64,000 nt of DNA from the IMG/VR virus record IMGVR_UViG_3300032326_001134, positions 51,111 to 115,110 of that record; one strand, 5' to 3'. This DNA comes from a virus. The notes under the pieces are model-generated. The model saw only the letters and a list, made by a program, of their open reading frames with translations, made no database searches and had not been told where the DNA came from. Position numbers and translations under genes: made by a program. Positions 48,077 to 57,454 of this stretch are shown one piece after another. Every line of letters begins with the position of its first letter. The stretch's first letter is position 1.

Positions 48077-48522
48077 GAAATAGATTAGTTATATCTTTCT
48101 TTGTAATAGTTTTATCTGCATTTACAATACAAGCATTTGGAGTAAAACCTTCTTGTATTAATCTATATGTAGACTACGGATCTCTTGATAATAAAAAGAA
48201 AATAAATGAATGTATAGATCAAGACAATATAAATGCATTAGATTTTATAAAACAAGCTGGATACACCACAGAAGGAACTATCAAATACGGCGATGCCGTT
48301 CTATGCAGATTTAATGGCCTACCATCCAATAAAGAAGAATCTTGCAGTGAGATGCCACCAGAAAATGCTTACTGGGCAGTTATTATAAAAAAGAAACAGA
48401 CTCTTCTTTTACCAAGAAATGAATGGGGCTGGGCAGAAAAAGCAATAAATGAAACTTATTTGTCTGCTGGGGACAGTATAGGATTAGTTTTTTCAACTAA
48501 CGGAGATTTAAGATGGCCTTAA
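48073..48522 (+). CDS. Secreted DUF4430/transcobalamin-C-like protein (putative cobalamin binder)
   Basis: Signal-like N-terminus; VDYGSL...C..ALD.IKQAGY..EGT..YG.AVLCRFNGLP...C...PP.NAYWA...W.W...GDSIGLVF. Confidence 0.6.
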   Translation: MRNRLVISFFVIVLSAFTIQAFGVKPSCINLYVDYGSLDNKKKINECIDQDNINALDFIKQAGYTTEGTIKYGDAVLCRFNGLPSNKEESCSEMPPENAYWAVIIKKKQTLLLPRNEWGWAEKAINETYLSAGDSIGLVFSTNGDLRWP

Positions 48523-48659
48523 ATTTATTAGATAAACCAGACAAAGTAAAAAATAAAATATCGATACTTTACACAATTCAATTAACGGCTACCATATTTT
48601 TAATGTATGTTGTCAATAAAATTGGAATCGATATTTGGAGAGCAATTAAGGGACATTAA
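48513..48659 (+). CDS. Single-TM small protein (48 aa, not in ORF track)
   Basis: GGAG SD; MALNLLDKPDKVKNKISILYTIQLTATIFLMYVVNKIGIDIWRAIKGH; TAATG overlap with pduO. Confidence 0.65.
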   Translation: MALNLLDKPDKVKNKISILYTIQLTATIFLMYVVNKIGIDIWRAIKGH

Positions 48660-49156
48660 TGGTCATACTAAGTAAAATTTATACTAAAACTGGTGACGAT
48701 GGGCAAACTTCTAACGCTAATAACGAAAGGGTGTCTAAGACTAGCCCTATAATGGAAGCAATAGGTGCTGTAGATGAAGCTAACTCTGCTATTGGAATGG
48801 CAACCGATGAGTATAATGATGTTATTGAGAGAGTTCAGAGCGACTTATTTGATCTTGGTGCAGAGCTTGCAGGTGCCCCAACAATAACAATATCTGAAAA
48901 CAGAGTGACATATTTAGAAAATGTAATTGATGACTACAATGAATATCTAGAGCCTCTAAGATCTTTTGTTTTACCAACAGGTCCACTGCACAATGCAAGG
49001 ACTGTTGTAAGAAGGGCAGAGCGTGAGGTTTGGAAGATAGAAAATGTAAATCCAAACATTGCTAAGTATTTAAATCGTCTATCAGACCTATTGTTTGTTA
49101 TGGCTAGATATCACAATAAAGGAAAAGAAAAAATGTGGGTTCCAAACAATGGGTAG
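48659..49156 (+). CDS. pduO: ATP:cob(I)alamin adenosyltransferase, PduO type
   Basis: KIYTKTGDDGQT, RVSK, GAVDEANSAIG, QSDLFDLGAELA, ARTVVRRAER, YLNRLSDLLFVMAR. Confidence 0.93.
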   Translation: MVILSKIYTKTGDDGQTSNANNERVSKTSPIMEAIGAVDEANSAIGMATDEYNDVIERVQSDLFDLGAELAGAPTITISENRVTYLENVIDDYNEYLEPLRSFVLPTGPLHNARTVVRRAEREVWKIENVNPNIAKYLNRLSDLLFVMARYHNKGKEKMWVPNNG

Positions 49157-49925
49157 AGATATAGTTAAAAATTTAAAATTTAAAAAATCATCTGGCAACT
49201 TCGACCCAGAAGTGTTTGCAAGGATGCTTGATGATGCATACTTGGCTACAAAAAGAGAAGATGCAATTACAACAAAGACCTCGTTTAGCCCCAGCTCTTT
49301 AGGGTATGGCCACGGAAACTGTCCAAGGTATTGGTACTTGGCATTTAGTGGAGTTATGTTTATTAATGATAATGATTCAATTGCTATTGCTAATATGGCT
49401 CAGGGAACACAGGCTCACGAAAGACTACAAAATCTAATAAAGACTATGCCTAACTTTGTTGCCGAAGAGCAGGAAATTAAAAATGAATATCCGCCAATCA
49501 GGGGATTTATTGACCTTGTTATGGATTGGAATGGAGAAAAGGTAATTGGAGAAATTAAAACTGCAAAGCAGGAGGTTTGGGATACCCGCCAAGCAGAAAT
49601 GAAATCATCAGCAAATCACATGCTACAATTACTTACATATATGAAATTAACTGACGCCAAAGAGGGATTCTTTTTATATGAGAACAAAAATACACAAGAG
49701 GTAGTAGTCATCCCAGTTGCAATGAACGATAGAAATAAAAAGATTATTGATGATACATTTACATGGATGTGCGAGGTGTGGGATAACTTTAAAGACGGAG
49801 ACCTCCCAATGAGATCATTTACTAAATCAACATCTTCTTGTAAGTATTGCCCAGCAAAAGAGGCATGTTGGTCTATGGAAACTGGCACTGTTCAAATTGA
49901 AAAGTTTGAGGTTCCCAAAATATGA
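49149..49925 (+). CDS. Cas4-like PD-(D/E)XK exonuclease
   Basis: FSPSSLG..CPR, GTQAH, GFID, EIKT, QLLTY, CKYCPAKEAC Fe-S cysteines. Confidence 0.88.
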   Translation: MGRDIVKNLKFKKSSGNFDPEVFARMLDDAYLATKREDAITTKTSFSPSSLGYGHGNCPRYWYLAFSGVMFINDNDSIAIANMAQGTQAHERLQNLIKTMPNFVAEEQEIKNEYPPIRGFIDLVMDWNGEKVIGEIKTAKQEVWDTRQAEMKSSANHMLQLLTYMKLTDAKEGFFLYENKNTQEVVVIPVAMNDRNKKIIDDTFTWMCEVWDNFKDGDLPMRSFTKSTSSCKYCPAKEACWSMETGTVQIEKFEVPKI

Positions 49926-50200
49926 TTTGCTCTAATACAGAGTGTGCAAAAGATTTTAATCCAAAAACACATAATCAAAAATACTGTAACGAGCAATGTT
50001 GCAGAGTTGCGACAAATCGTAAGATTATGGAAAAATATTATGAAAAAAAGGCAATTAAAAATGGGGCAGAAAGATCCTGTAAATTTTGCAAAACAAAATT
50101 AAGTAGATACAATCAATTATCGGTATGCTCTACTTGTGAAAAAAACTTAAATAATGAAAGCAAAAAAATGATATGGAGCATACTAAGTGAACTTAGCTAG
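49922..50200 (+). CDS. Cys-rich Zn-finger protein
   Basis: C..EC...QKYCNEQC, CKFC, CSTC. Confidence 0.7.
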   Translation: MICSNTECAKDFNPKTHNQKYCNEQCCRVATNRKIMEKYYEKKAIKNGAERSCKFCKTKLSRYNQLSVCSTCEKNLNNESKKMIWSILSELS

Positions 50201-50753
50201 TTTGGTAAAAACAAAAGCGCATAAAGTTCTTGGTATAGATGCCTCTACTAATTCCGTTGCGTTTTGTTTAATGGAAAACGATACCCCATTAAAATGGGGT
50301 AAAATTGAATTTACTGGATCAGACATATTTGAAAAAATTCATGACGCCAAAAACAAAATGAATGCAATGCTTGATGAATTAAAAGCTGATTATATTGTAG
50401 TAGAGGGAGCGATACTTGTCAGATCTCCAGATGCTGTGATAAAATTGTCTTATGTCTATGGAGTTGTTATTGCTGAGCTTATGTCTACTGGTGCTAAGGT
50501 TATTACAATTAGCCCATCCTCGTGGCAGGCATATATTGGTAACAAAAATCCAACGAAAGATGAAAAAGCTGGGATTAGATTAAAAAATCCAGGGTATGCA
50601 GATTCTTGGTATAAAACTCAATTAAGAAATATGCGTAAACAAAGAACGGTAGATTACTTTAATAAGAAGTATAGTCTATCGTTAAATGATTTTGACGTAG
50701 CAGATGCATTTGGTATTGCTCATTATTCTAATGAAGTTTTAACAAAGAGATGA
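50187..50753 (+). CDS. ruvC: RuvC-like Holliday junction resolvase
   Basis: VLGIDAST, IVVEG, PSSWQ, DVADAFGIA. Confidence 0.85.
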   Translation: MNLASLVKTKAHKVLGIDASTNSVAFCLMENDTPLKWGKIEFTGSDIFEKIHDAKNKMNAMLDELKADYIVVEGAILVRSPDAVIKLSYVYGVVIAELMSTGAKVITISPSSWQAYIGNKNPTKDEKAGIRLKNPGYADSWYKTQLRNMRKQRTVDYFNKKYSLSLNDFDVADAFGIAHYSNEVLTKR

Positions 50754-50777
50754 TAGTAAATATGAAAGAGGTAGACA

Positions 50778-51359
50778 ATGAGCGATAAAGCACAAGTCGA
50801 GTACAATAAGCTGTCAGAAAAATTTAATTTCATACATCATAAAAACTACGATGTGTCAAGAATAAAAGATATAATTAGTAATTTTAAAGAAGAATGGAAT
50901 TTACAGGAGTCAAGACAGTATCAACAAAAAGCCTTATCAAAAACTCTAACATATTTTTTAAAAAAGTATCAAATTGGATGGAAAGTTGGAGAAGAATATG
51001 ATACAAGAATAAACTATGAGGGTACAGAAATATGGAAAATTATTGATCCAATAGTTAAAGATTTGGAAAATATTCATAATGGAAAAAGAGGATCTGTTAT
51101 GATTTGTATGCTAACAAATGAAGATATCATACCAGCACATTTTGATCCAGGAGAGTATTTAGGGGTAGTACGCAGAAATCATATCCCTATAATAACAAAC
51201 GAAGATGTTTTATTTTCAGTAGACAACGAAACTGTAAACATGAAAGAAGGAGAATGTTGGGAGATAAACAACAGCAAGCTACATAGGGTTGCCAACAAAT
51301 CCAAAACAGATAGAGTTCATTTAATCATCGACGTAATCCCAGATAAGTATTTAAAATAA
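50778..51359 (+). CDS. Aspartyl/asparaginyl beta-hydroxylase-family 2OG-Fe(II) oxygenase
   Basis: IPAHFD, RNHIPIITN, GECWEINN..LHRVAN...RVHLIID. Confidence 0.85.
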   Translation: MSDKAQVEYNKLSEKFNFIHHKNYDVSRIKDIISNFKEEWNLQESRQYQQKALSKTLTYFLKKYQIGWKVGEEYDTRINYEGTEIWKIIDPIVKDLENIHNGKRGSVMICMLTNEDIIPAHFDPGEYLGVVRRNHIPIITNEDVLFSVDNETVNMKEGECWEINNSKLHRVANKSKTDRVHLIIDVIPDKYLK

Positions 51360-51362
51360 AAA

Positions 51363-51509
51363 ATGAAACTTTATCAAAGCCATCCCTGGCTATATAGAAG
51401 GTACATTGTTCAAAAGAAAACAGTTACCGAAATTGCTAAAGAATGCGGTGTTTCAGCAATGACCATACAAAGATATCTAGAACAGTTTGGATTAATTAAA
51501 AAAAGATGA
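51363..51509 (+). CDS. Small HTH DNA-binding protein (48 aa, not in ORF track)
   Basis: MKLYQSHPWLYRRYIVQKKTVTEIAKECGVSAMTIQRYLEQFGLIKKR. Confidence 0.75.
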   Translation: MKLYQSHPWLYRRYIVQKKTVTEIAKECGVSAMTIQRYLEQFGLIKKR

Positions 51510-52186
51510 ATATATGCTATAACATTTTTCATATTGAAAATCTAGGACAATCTTCGCTAATTAGAAAAAAATTAAGTGATCGTGTTATTTCTACATTAGA
51601 CGGAGTTGTTGATAGAATTGACACCGACCCAGTGCTAATCAATAGTCAAGAGTTATACGACAGTTTTGTAAATAATGTATTTAACCTTAAGCCACATTTT
51701 GAATTTAAATTTGGAGAAATGGGAGTGTGGGCTAGTAATATAGTTGCACTTAATAAGTTTATTAAGTCAGACTATGATGTGCTTATGCTGATGGAAGATG
51801 ATATTGAAATAAATGAAAATTTTTATGAACTTCTTTCTGAGTATTTAAATGTTATACCAAAAGACTGGGATATATTTAGCTATTTTGTTCACCCAAATCA
51901 ATTTGATAGATACAAAAATATTCGTAGCAAAGATGAAATAGTCCTGGCATACCAAGACTGGTCTATGCTTTGTTGGCTAATAAACAAACCTGCTGCTAAA
52001 AAAATGATAGATGATATATCTAAAAATGGAATAGGAATGCCAATAGATTGGTACGTATTTAGACAGCCAGAAAAATTTAAATCATATTCATTAAGCCCAA
52101 CGGCTAGACGTGGATGTGAGCTTTACGACACAACGTCAACATTTCAACAAATAGATGATAGGATAAAAATAAATGGGATACTCTGA
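51506..52186 (+). CDS. GT25-like glycosyltransferase
   Basis: GEMGVWASN, LMLMEDD, PKDWDI, PIDW. Confidence 0.8.
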   Translation: MNICYNIFHIENLGQSSLIRKKLSDRVISTLDGVVDRIDTDPVLINSQELYDSFVNNVFNLKPHFEFKFGEMGVWASNIVALNKFIKSDYDVLMLMEDDIEINENFYELLSEYLNVIPKDWDIFSYFVHPNQFDRYKNIRSKDEIVLAYQDWSMLCWLINKPAAKKMIDDISKNGIGMPIDWYVFRQPEKFKSYSLSPTARRGCELYDTTSTFQQIDDRIKINGIL

Positions 52187-52694
52187 TCCAACCAATAAAC
52201 CTTGGACTAAAGAAAAAATAATTGAATTGAATCCAAAAACAGTTCTCGATGTCGGCGCTGGACAGGGTGTTTATCTTGATTTAATTAGAGATGGCCTAGG
52301 AACTGGAGTGATTGTAAACGCAGTAGAAGTTTGGCAGCCATACATAGACCAATTTAATCTAGAAAATAGATACGATAAGTTATTTGCAATGGATGTAAAA
52401 AGCATGACAAATTTTGCTTACGATCTTGTTATTTTAGGAGATGTTCTTGAGCATATGTCTGAGGAATCTGCTGTCGATCTTTGGGACAGAATATCTAAAC
52501 AGGCTAAGCATGCAATTATATCCATCCCAATTATTCATTACCATCAAGATGCAATTAATGGCAACCCATATGAAATTCATGTAGAAGAGGACTGGAATAC
52601 CGAAAGGGTCTTGCAAAAATTTAAAAATATAGTAGAATATCAAGAGTTCCCACAAACGGGAGTGTTTGTAGCAAAATTTGATGAAATGGAGTAA
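52173..52694 (+). CDS. Class I SAM-dependent methyltransferase
   Basis: VLDVGAGQG, AVE, YDLVILGDVLEH. Confidence 0.88.
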   Translation: MGYSDPTNKPWTKEKIIELNPKTVLDVGAGQGVYLDLIRDGLGTGVIVNAVEVWQPYIDQFNLENRYDKLFAMDVKSMTNFAYDLVILGDVLEHMSEESAVDLWDRISKQAKHAIISIPIIHYHQDAINGNPYEIHVEEDWNTERVLQKFKNIVEYQEFPQTGVFVAKFDEME

Positions 52695-52696
52695 TA

Positions 52697-53038
52697 ATGG
52701 CGGGTTATCCAGAAAAAGAAAAAGGCTATCAGATGTGGATTACAGATCTGCAATTAATAGCAACAAGTGCTCCATCAGGCAATAAGATCATTAAAGAATG
52801 CCTTGAAATAGCAGAGATGCTTATTAATAAAAATATATCATATGGAGATTCAGCACTTAGCCCAATTCGTATATTTTCCCAGGCGGATAATCAAGAGCAA
52901 ATTAAAATTCGTATTGATGATAAGATTAATAGAATAAAAAATGGTTCAGGATTTGCAGGAGATAACGATATTGACGACATGATTGGGTACTTAATTTTAC
53001 TTAAAATTGCCAAGAAACTTGCTATTTCAGTCGACTAG
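52697..53038 (+). CDS. Nucleotide-modification-associated (DUF1599/Nmad1-like) protein
   Basis: KNISYGDS...IRIDDKINRI...DDMIGYLIL. Confidence 0.7.
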   Translation: MAGYPEKEKGYQMWITDLQLIATSAPSGNKIIKECLEIAEMLINKNISYGDSALSPIRIFSQADNQEQIKIRIDDKINRIKNGSGFAGDNDIDDMIGYLILLKIAKKLAISVD

Positions 53039-53047
53039 AAGTACAAT
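53019..53047 (+). promoter_or_regulatory. Promoter TTGCTA-17-TACAAT, near-leaderless start of the terminase operon
   Basis: ATG 8 nt after the -10 box, no SD. Confidence 0.55.
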
Positions 53048-53055
53048 GTATATAT

Positions 53056-53592
53056 ATGGAAATTGAATTAGCAGATCATTTTGATCGCATGAATAAGGTT
53101 GTTGCCGAGCTTTTAAAAGGAAACAATCCAACACAAATTGCTACCCTAACTGGACTAAAAAGATCTGACGTAGTAGATCTTATAGATGAGTGGAAGGCCG
53201 TTGTATACAATGACAACAGTTCTAAAGAAAGAGCCAAAGAGGCTATCTCTGGGGCAGACAAGCACTACTCTATGCTTATTAAAGAGGCCTGGAAAACAGT
53301 AGAGGACGCTGATACACAGGGACAGCTAAACGTAAAAGCTGGAGCTTTAAAGTTAATTGCAGATATTGAAACAAAAAGAATTACAATGCTTAAAGAAGTT
53401 GGAATTCTTGATAATGCAGAGATGGCAGCCCACATTGCAGAAACAGAACATAAGCAAGAAATATTAGTTAAAATTTTAAAAGAAGTTACTGCGTCTTGTC
53501 CAAAATGTAAAATGGATGTAGCAAGAAGACTTTCACAAATTAGTGGCATAGTTGAACCAATTGAGATAATTGAGCAGGCAAATGAGTCTTGA
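53056..53592 (+). CDS. Probable terminase small subunit (HTH)
   Basis: GNNPTQIATLTGLKRSDV HTH, helical body, CPKC; directly upstream of TerL. Confidence 0.65.
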   Translation: MEIELADHFDRMNKVVAELLKGNNPTQIATLTGLKRSDVVDLIDEWKAVVYNDNSSKERAKEAISGADKHYSMLIKEAWKTVEDADTQGQLNVKAGALKLIADIETKRITMLKEVGILDNAEMAAHIAETEHKQEILVKILKEVTASCPKCKMDVARRLSQISGIVEPIEIIEQANES

Positions 53593-55375
53593 TTTTAATG
53601 ATCTTATTGATATTTTAGATGGCGAAGAGTTTGAGGAAAGACCAGTTGATCTTCGTGAGTTTGTAACAAGCCCAAATTATTTAGGTCTACCACCTTTATC
53701 TGAGTACCAGTATACTTTAATTGAAAAATCCTCACAGATATATAAAGAGTCTACCTTAATAAAGCTTTTTGGGGAAGATGAAGGAAGAAGAATATTTAAG
53801 CAAACCGCTACTGAGGTAATTGCTCAACTAGGAAAGGGATCTGGAAAAGACTACTCGTCTACGATTGCGGTTTCTTATATAGTTTATTTGTTGCTTTGCC
53901 TAAAAGACCCAGCCTCTTACTATGGAAAACCGCCAGGAGATGCTATAGATATTCTTAATATTGCTATTAACGCACAACAAGCAAACAATGTTTTTTTTAA
54001 GGGATTTAAAACAAGAATTGAAAAGTCTCCTTGGTTTACTGGAAGGTACACCGACAAAGCTTCAGAAATGAAATTTGATAAAGCTATAACAGTTCACTCA
54101 GGACACTCAGAAAGAGAAGCTTGGGAAGGATATAACGTAATAGTTGTTATTCTTGATGAGATATCTGGATTTGCTACAGAAAATACTACGGGACACGATC
54201 AAGCAAAAACAGCAGACGCTATATATGATATGTACCGTGCATCTGTAGACTCAAGATTTCCAGATTTTGGAAAGGTTATATTATTATCTTTTCCAAGATT
54301 TAAAAACGATCCAATACAAAAGTTTTATGACTCAGTTATTTCAGAAAAAGAAACTGTTATCCGAAGCCATAGATTTAAAATGGACGAGGACCTACCAGAT
54401 GGAACAGAAGGAAATGAATTTACTGTAGAGTGGGAAGAAGATCACATAATTTCATATAGTATTCCAAGGGTGTATGCATTAAAAAGACCAACTTGGGAGA
54501 TTAATCCAACACGAAGCATAAATGATTTTAAAGTTGCATTTTATAAAAACTCAATGGATGCTCTTGGAAGATTTGCATGCATGCCAGCAGAAGCGGTTGA
54601 CGCATTTTTTAAATCAAGAGAAAAAATTGAGGTTGCATTTAACAACACAGCTTTAGCACTAGATCAATTTGGTAGGTTTGAAAATTGGTTCGCACCAGAT
54701 CCAGACAAACATTATTTTATACATGTTGACCTTGCTCAAAAACATGACCATTGTGCAGTTTCAATAGCACATGTTCAAAAATGGGTAAATGTAAAGTTGA
54801 CAGACACCTACTCACAACCTGCTCCAATAGTAGAAGTAGATGCGGTTAGATATTGGACCCCAACGCCAGACAAATCTGTAGATTTTGCGGAAGTTAGAGA
54901 TTACATATTATCACTAAGAACAAAAGGATTTAACATAAAGCTTTGTACATTTGACAGATGGAACTCTCATGACATGATGCAACAACTAAAACAATATGGC
55001 ATCAATACAGAGATTCTGTCTGTCGCTAAAAAGCATTATGACGACATGGCTATGGTTGTTCTAGAAGAAAGATTACGTGGCCCACACATACCGTTACTGA
55101 TAGACGAACTTTTGCAGTTAAAAATTATGAGGGATAAGGTTGACCACCCAAGAAAAGGATCAAAAGACTTGGCAGACGCAGTATGCGGGTCAGTTTACAA
55201 TGCAATTAGCGGAACTAGATTTGATTTAAATCAAGAAATAAAAATACACACATATGAATCCATGAGCTATGATAATGATTTTGAAAAAGAAGAAGAGTTT
55301 TCAACAAATATGATTAGAGCCCCAAAGATGCCGAACCATCTGTCAGAGTCTTTAGAAAGGATGACTATGCTATGA
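53582..55375 (+). CDS. Terminase large subunit
   Basis: GKGSGKD Walker A, VVILDE Walker B, HVDLA, TFDRW, DHP..GSKDLADA nuclease. Confidence 0.93.
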   Translation: MSLDFNDLIDILDGEEFEERPVDLREFVTSPNYLGLPPLSEYQYTLIEKSSQIYKESTLIKLFGEDEGRRIFKQTATEVIAQLGKGSGKDYSSTIAVSYIVYLLLCLKDPASYYGKPPGDAIDILNIAINAQQANNVFFKGFKTRIEKSPWFTGRYTDKASEMKFDKAITVHSGHSEREAWEGYNVIVVILDEISGFATENTTGHDQAKTADAIYDMYRASVDSRFPDFGKVILLSFPRFKNDPIQKFYDSVISEKETVIRSHRFKMDEDLPDGTEGNEFTVEWEEDHIISYSIPRVYALKRPTWEINPTRSINDFKVAFYKNSMDALGRFACMPAEAVDAFFKSREKIEVAFNNTALALDQFGRFENWFAPDPDKHYFIHVDLAQKHDHCAVSIAHVQKWVNVKLTDTYSQPAPIVEVDAVRYWTPTPDKSVDFAEVRDYILSLRTKGFNIKLCTFDRWNSHDMMQQLKQYGINTEILSVAKKHYDDMAMVVLEERLRGPHIPLLIDELLQLKIMRDKVDHPRKGSKDLADAVCGSVYNAISGTRFDLNQEIKIHTYESMSYDNDFEKEEEFSTNMIRAPKMPNHLSESLERMTML

Positions 55376-55611
55376 GCGAATACCAAGAAAAAGCAAAGGA
55401 GTGTAAATGTTGCAGTAAACATGTTCCACTTCCAATTGTTTTAAAGGAATATAATAATAAGGCTGTATGCCCAACTACATTTTCAAATATTATTGAATAT
55501 CAAAGAATATGGAATGCTATTGGCAAAAGGCCTCAAGGAAATATAAGAAAGCATTTTTCTGAGTACGTTCAGCAAATTGTAGAAGAATCATTTAGAAATG
55601 TAGCTGAATGA
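55372..55611 (+). CDS. Hypothetical protein
   Basis: CKCC...CP; coupled. Confidence 0.6.
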   Translation: MSEYQEKAKECKCCSKHVPLPIVLKEYNNKAVCPTTFSNIIEYQRIWNAIGKRPQGNIRKHFSEYVQQIVEESFRNVAE

Positions 55612-56543
55612 AAGCAATTGTAATAAATAAATTTGGTGGCCCAGAAGTTATAGAGTATGAGGACTACAATGAACCAACTCCTACACAAAATCAAATTCTA
55701 GTAAATATTAGAATGGTAGGTGTAAGCTTTTTTGATACCTATCAAATTGAAAATAGTCACTTTATTTTAAAAAGTGAAACCCCGCCAATAGTTCCTGGTG
55801 TCGAAGCATCTTTTTCTATAGACAACAAAATTTTTGTTGGGTTTACAGAAAGCGGATCCTACGCCGAAAAATCTGTTGTTGATAAAACCAAGATGTTTGA
55901 GGTCCCAGAAGGAGTTATGGAAGAAGAGGCGCTATCAGCACTTTCCCAGGGGGTAACGGCCTATGGACTTGTAAACTATGCATGTAAAATAAAAAAAGGA
56001 GACCTTGTTCTTATAAATGGCGCATCAAGCGGACTATCAATGATTTTAATACAGCTTTGTAAGATGGCGGGTGCGGATGTTATTGGTGTAACATCGAGTC
56101 AAAAAAAGATAGATTTTATAAAAACTTTAGGTGTTGATTTTGCTTGCTTAAATAGCTTTAATGAAATAGAAAAAACACTAAGATCTATAGGTCGCAAACC
56201 AAACTTAATTATGGATTCATATAGCGGTAGGTCTTTTATGAAGTACTATGAAATTTTGTCAGACGATGGGCATATATGCACATATGGGGCTTCTGCTAAA
56301 GAGGGTATTCAAACCCCTAATAGAAAAACAGATTCTTTAAAAACATTTTCTATATTCTGGGGAACAAAAGAATTCAGTGATAGGGAAAAATTAAAAAACG
56401 CAGTCAACTATATATTTAATTTAATTAAAACCAAAAAACTTAAAATAGTTATTGGAGATAAAATGGAATTAAAAAACGCAAAATTAATGCATGAAAAAAT
56501 TAGAAATAGAAATACCTTTGGGAAACTGATATTAACAATATGA
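55608..56543 (+). CDS. NADPH:quinone oxidoreductase-like (MDR family)
   Basis: MKAIVINKFGGPEVI, PGVE, GSYAE, VLINGASSG, GKLIL. Confidence 0.9.
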   Translation: MKAIVINKFGGPEVIEYEDYNEPTPTQNQILVNIRMVGVSFFDTYQIENSHFILKSETPPIVPGVEASFSIDNKIFVGFTESGSYAEKSVVDKTKMFEVPEGVMEEEALSALSQGVTAYGLVNYACKIKKGDLVLINGASSGLSMILIQLCKMAGADVIGVTSSQKKIDFIKTLGVDFACLNSFNEIEKTLRSIGRKPNLIMDSYSGRSFMKYYEILSDDGHICTYGASAKEGIQTPNRKTDSLKTFSIFWGTKEFSDREKLKNAVNYIFNLIKTKKLKIVIGDKMELKNAKLMHEKIRNRNTFGKLILTI

Positions 56544-57454
56544 TAGAAAAATTTAGCACATATAGCAAACAGCTTAACGAATACCTAAGTACTCCTAAAG
56601 GTTTAAATAATTGGGACAAAAAAACTTTTCTTAAAAATTATAAACATAATTATGATTACATTTTACCAGAAGGATGTGTTATAAATTCTCATGGATTTAG
56701 AGGAGAAGAATTTAAAAAAGATACAGATCTGATATTTGCTGGCTGCTCACAAACATACGGATATGGCTTAAAAGAAGAATCAATGTGGGGAGTTATGTTA
56801 TCAAAAGAAAATAATATGTCATATGCAAATATATCAATTCCAGGAGCATCTCCAATGCACATAGTGTTTAACATATTTAAATATTTTGAAAAATATGGAC
56901 ATCCAAAAGTCATAGTAGCGCTATTTCCAGATTTTTACAGAATAAGAACATTTTTAGACTCTAAAATATTAAATAGAAGATCCCAAGAGATTGCAAAAAA
57001 GAATCAAAAAAATATTTTTGTAGATTCTCATGGGAATAATGGTTTAGGGTTTTTAAAATATCTTAAGCTACCCACCTCACCAGAAAAGGTTTATTCTCAA
57101 GAGTTTACCTACATGATAAATTCAATGTTTATTACTATGCTAGAGACCTATTGTAATAAAAATAATATAATTTTTATTTGGAGTAAAACATTTAATTATG
57201 AAAAATATGATGATTATCAAGACTCATTTTTATCTTTTAAAAATTATTATAGTTTTGATTTAAGAAAAGAAATTGTTGGAGACGGTAAAAGCAGCCCTTT
57301 AAAATATGGAAATTATTCCTGTCACGAAAACAACAACAAAAACGATCCCTGCTGGGACGCAGCCTTAGACAATCTTCATTTTGGCACACATATTAATATA
57401 CATATAAAAGATTTTTTTCAAAAAATACTCAAAGAAAAAATACATTATAGATGA
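56540..57454 (+). CDS. SGNH/GDSL-like hydrolase or acyltransferase 1
   Basis: INSHGFR, FAGCSQTYGYG, NISIPGAS, DNLH. Confidence 0.7.
   Translation: MIEKFSTYSKQLNEYLSTPKGLNNWDKKTFLKNYKHNYDYILPEGCVINSHGFRGEEFKKDTDLIFAGCSQTYGYGLKEESMWGVMLSKENNMSYANISIPGASPMHIVFNIFKYFEKYGHPKVIVALFPDFYRIRTFLDSKILNRRSQEIAKKNQKNIFVDSHGNNGLGFLKYLKLPTSPEKVYSQEFTYMINSMFITMLETYCNKNNIIFIWSKTFNYEKYDDYQDSFLSFKNYYSFDLRKEIVGDGKSSPLKYGNYSCHENNNKNDPCWDAALDNLHFGTHINIHIKDFFQKILKEKIHYR

Noticed and set aside
49149-49925. Cas4-like gene as evidence of a CRISPR-Cas system
   Set aside because: No cas1/cas2 and no repeat-spacer array seen. Solo Cas4-like nucleases are common in phage recombination modules.
38669-55375. Inteins or introns in DnaB, DnaE, RecA or TerL
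   Set aside because: Lengths are normal, motifs are contiguous, and no intein splice motifs or homing endonuclease were seen.
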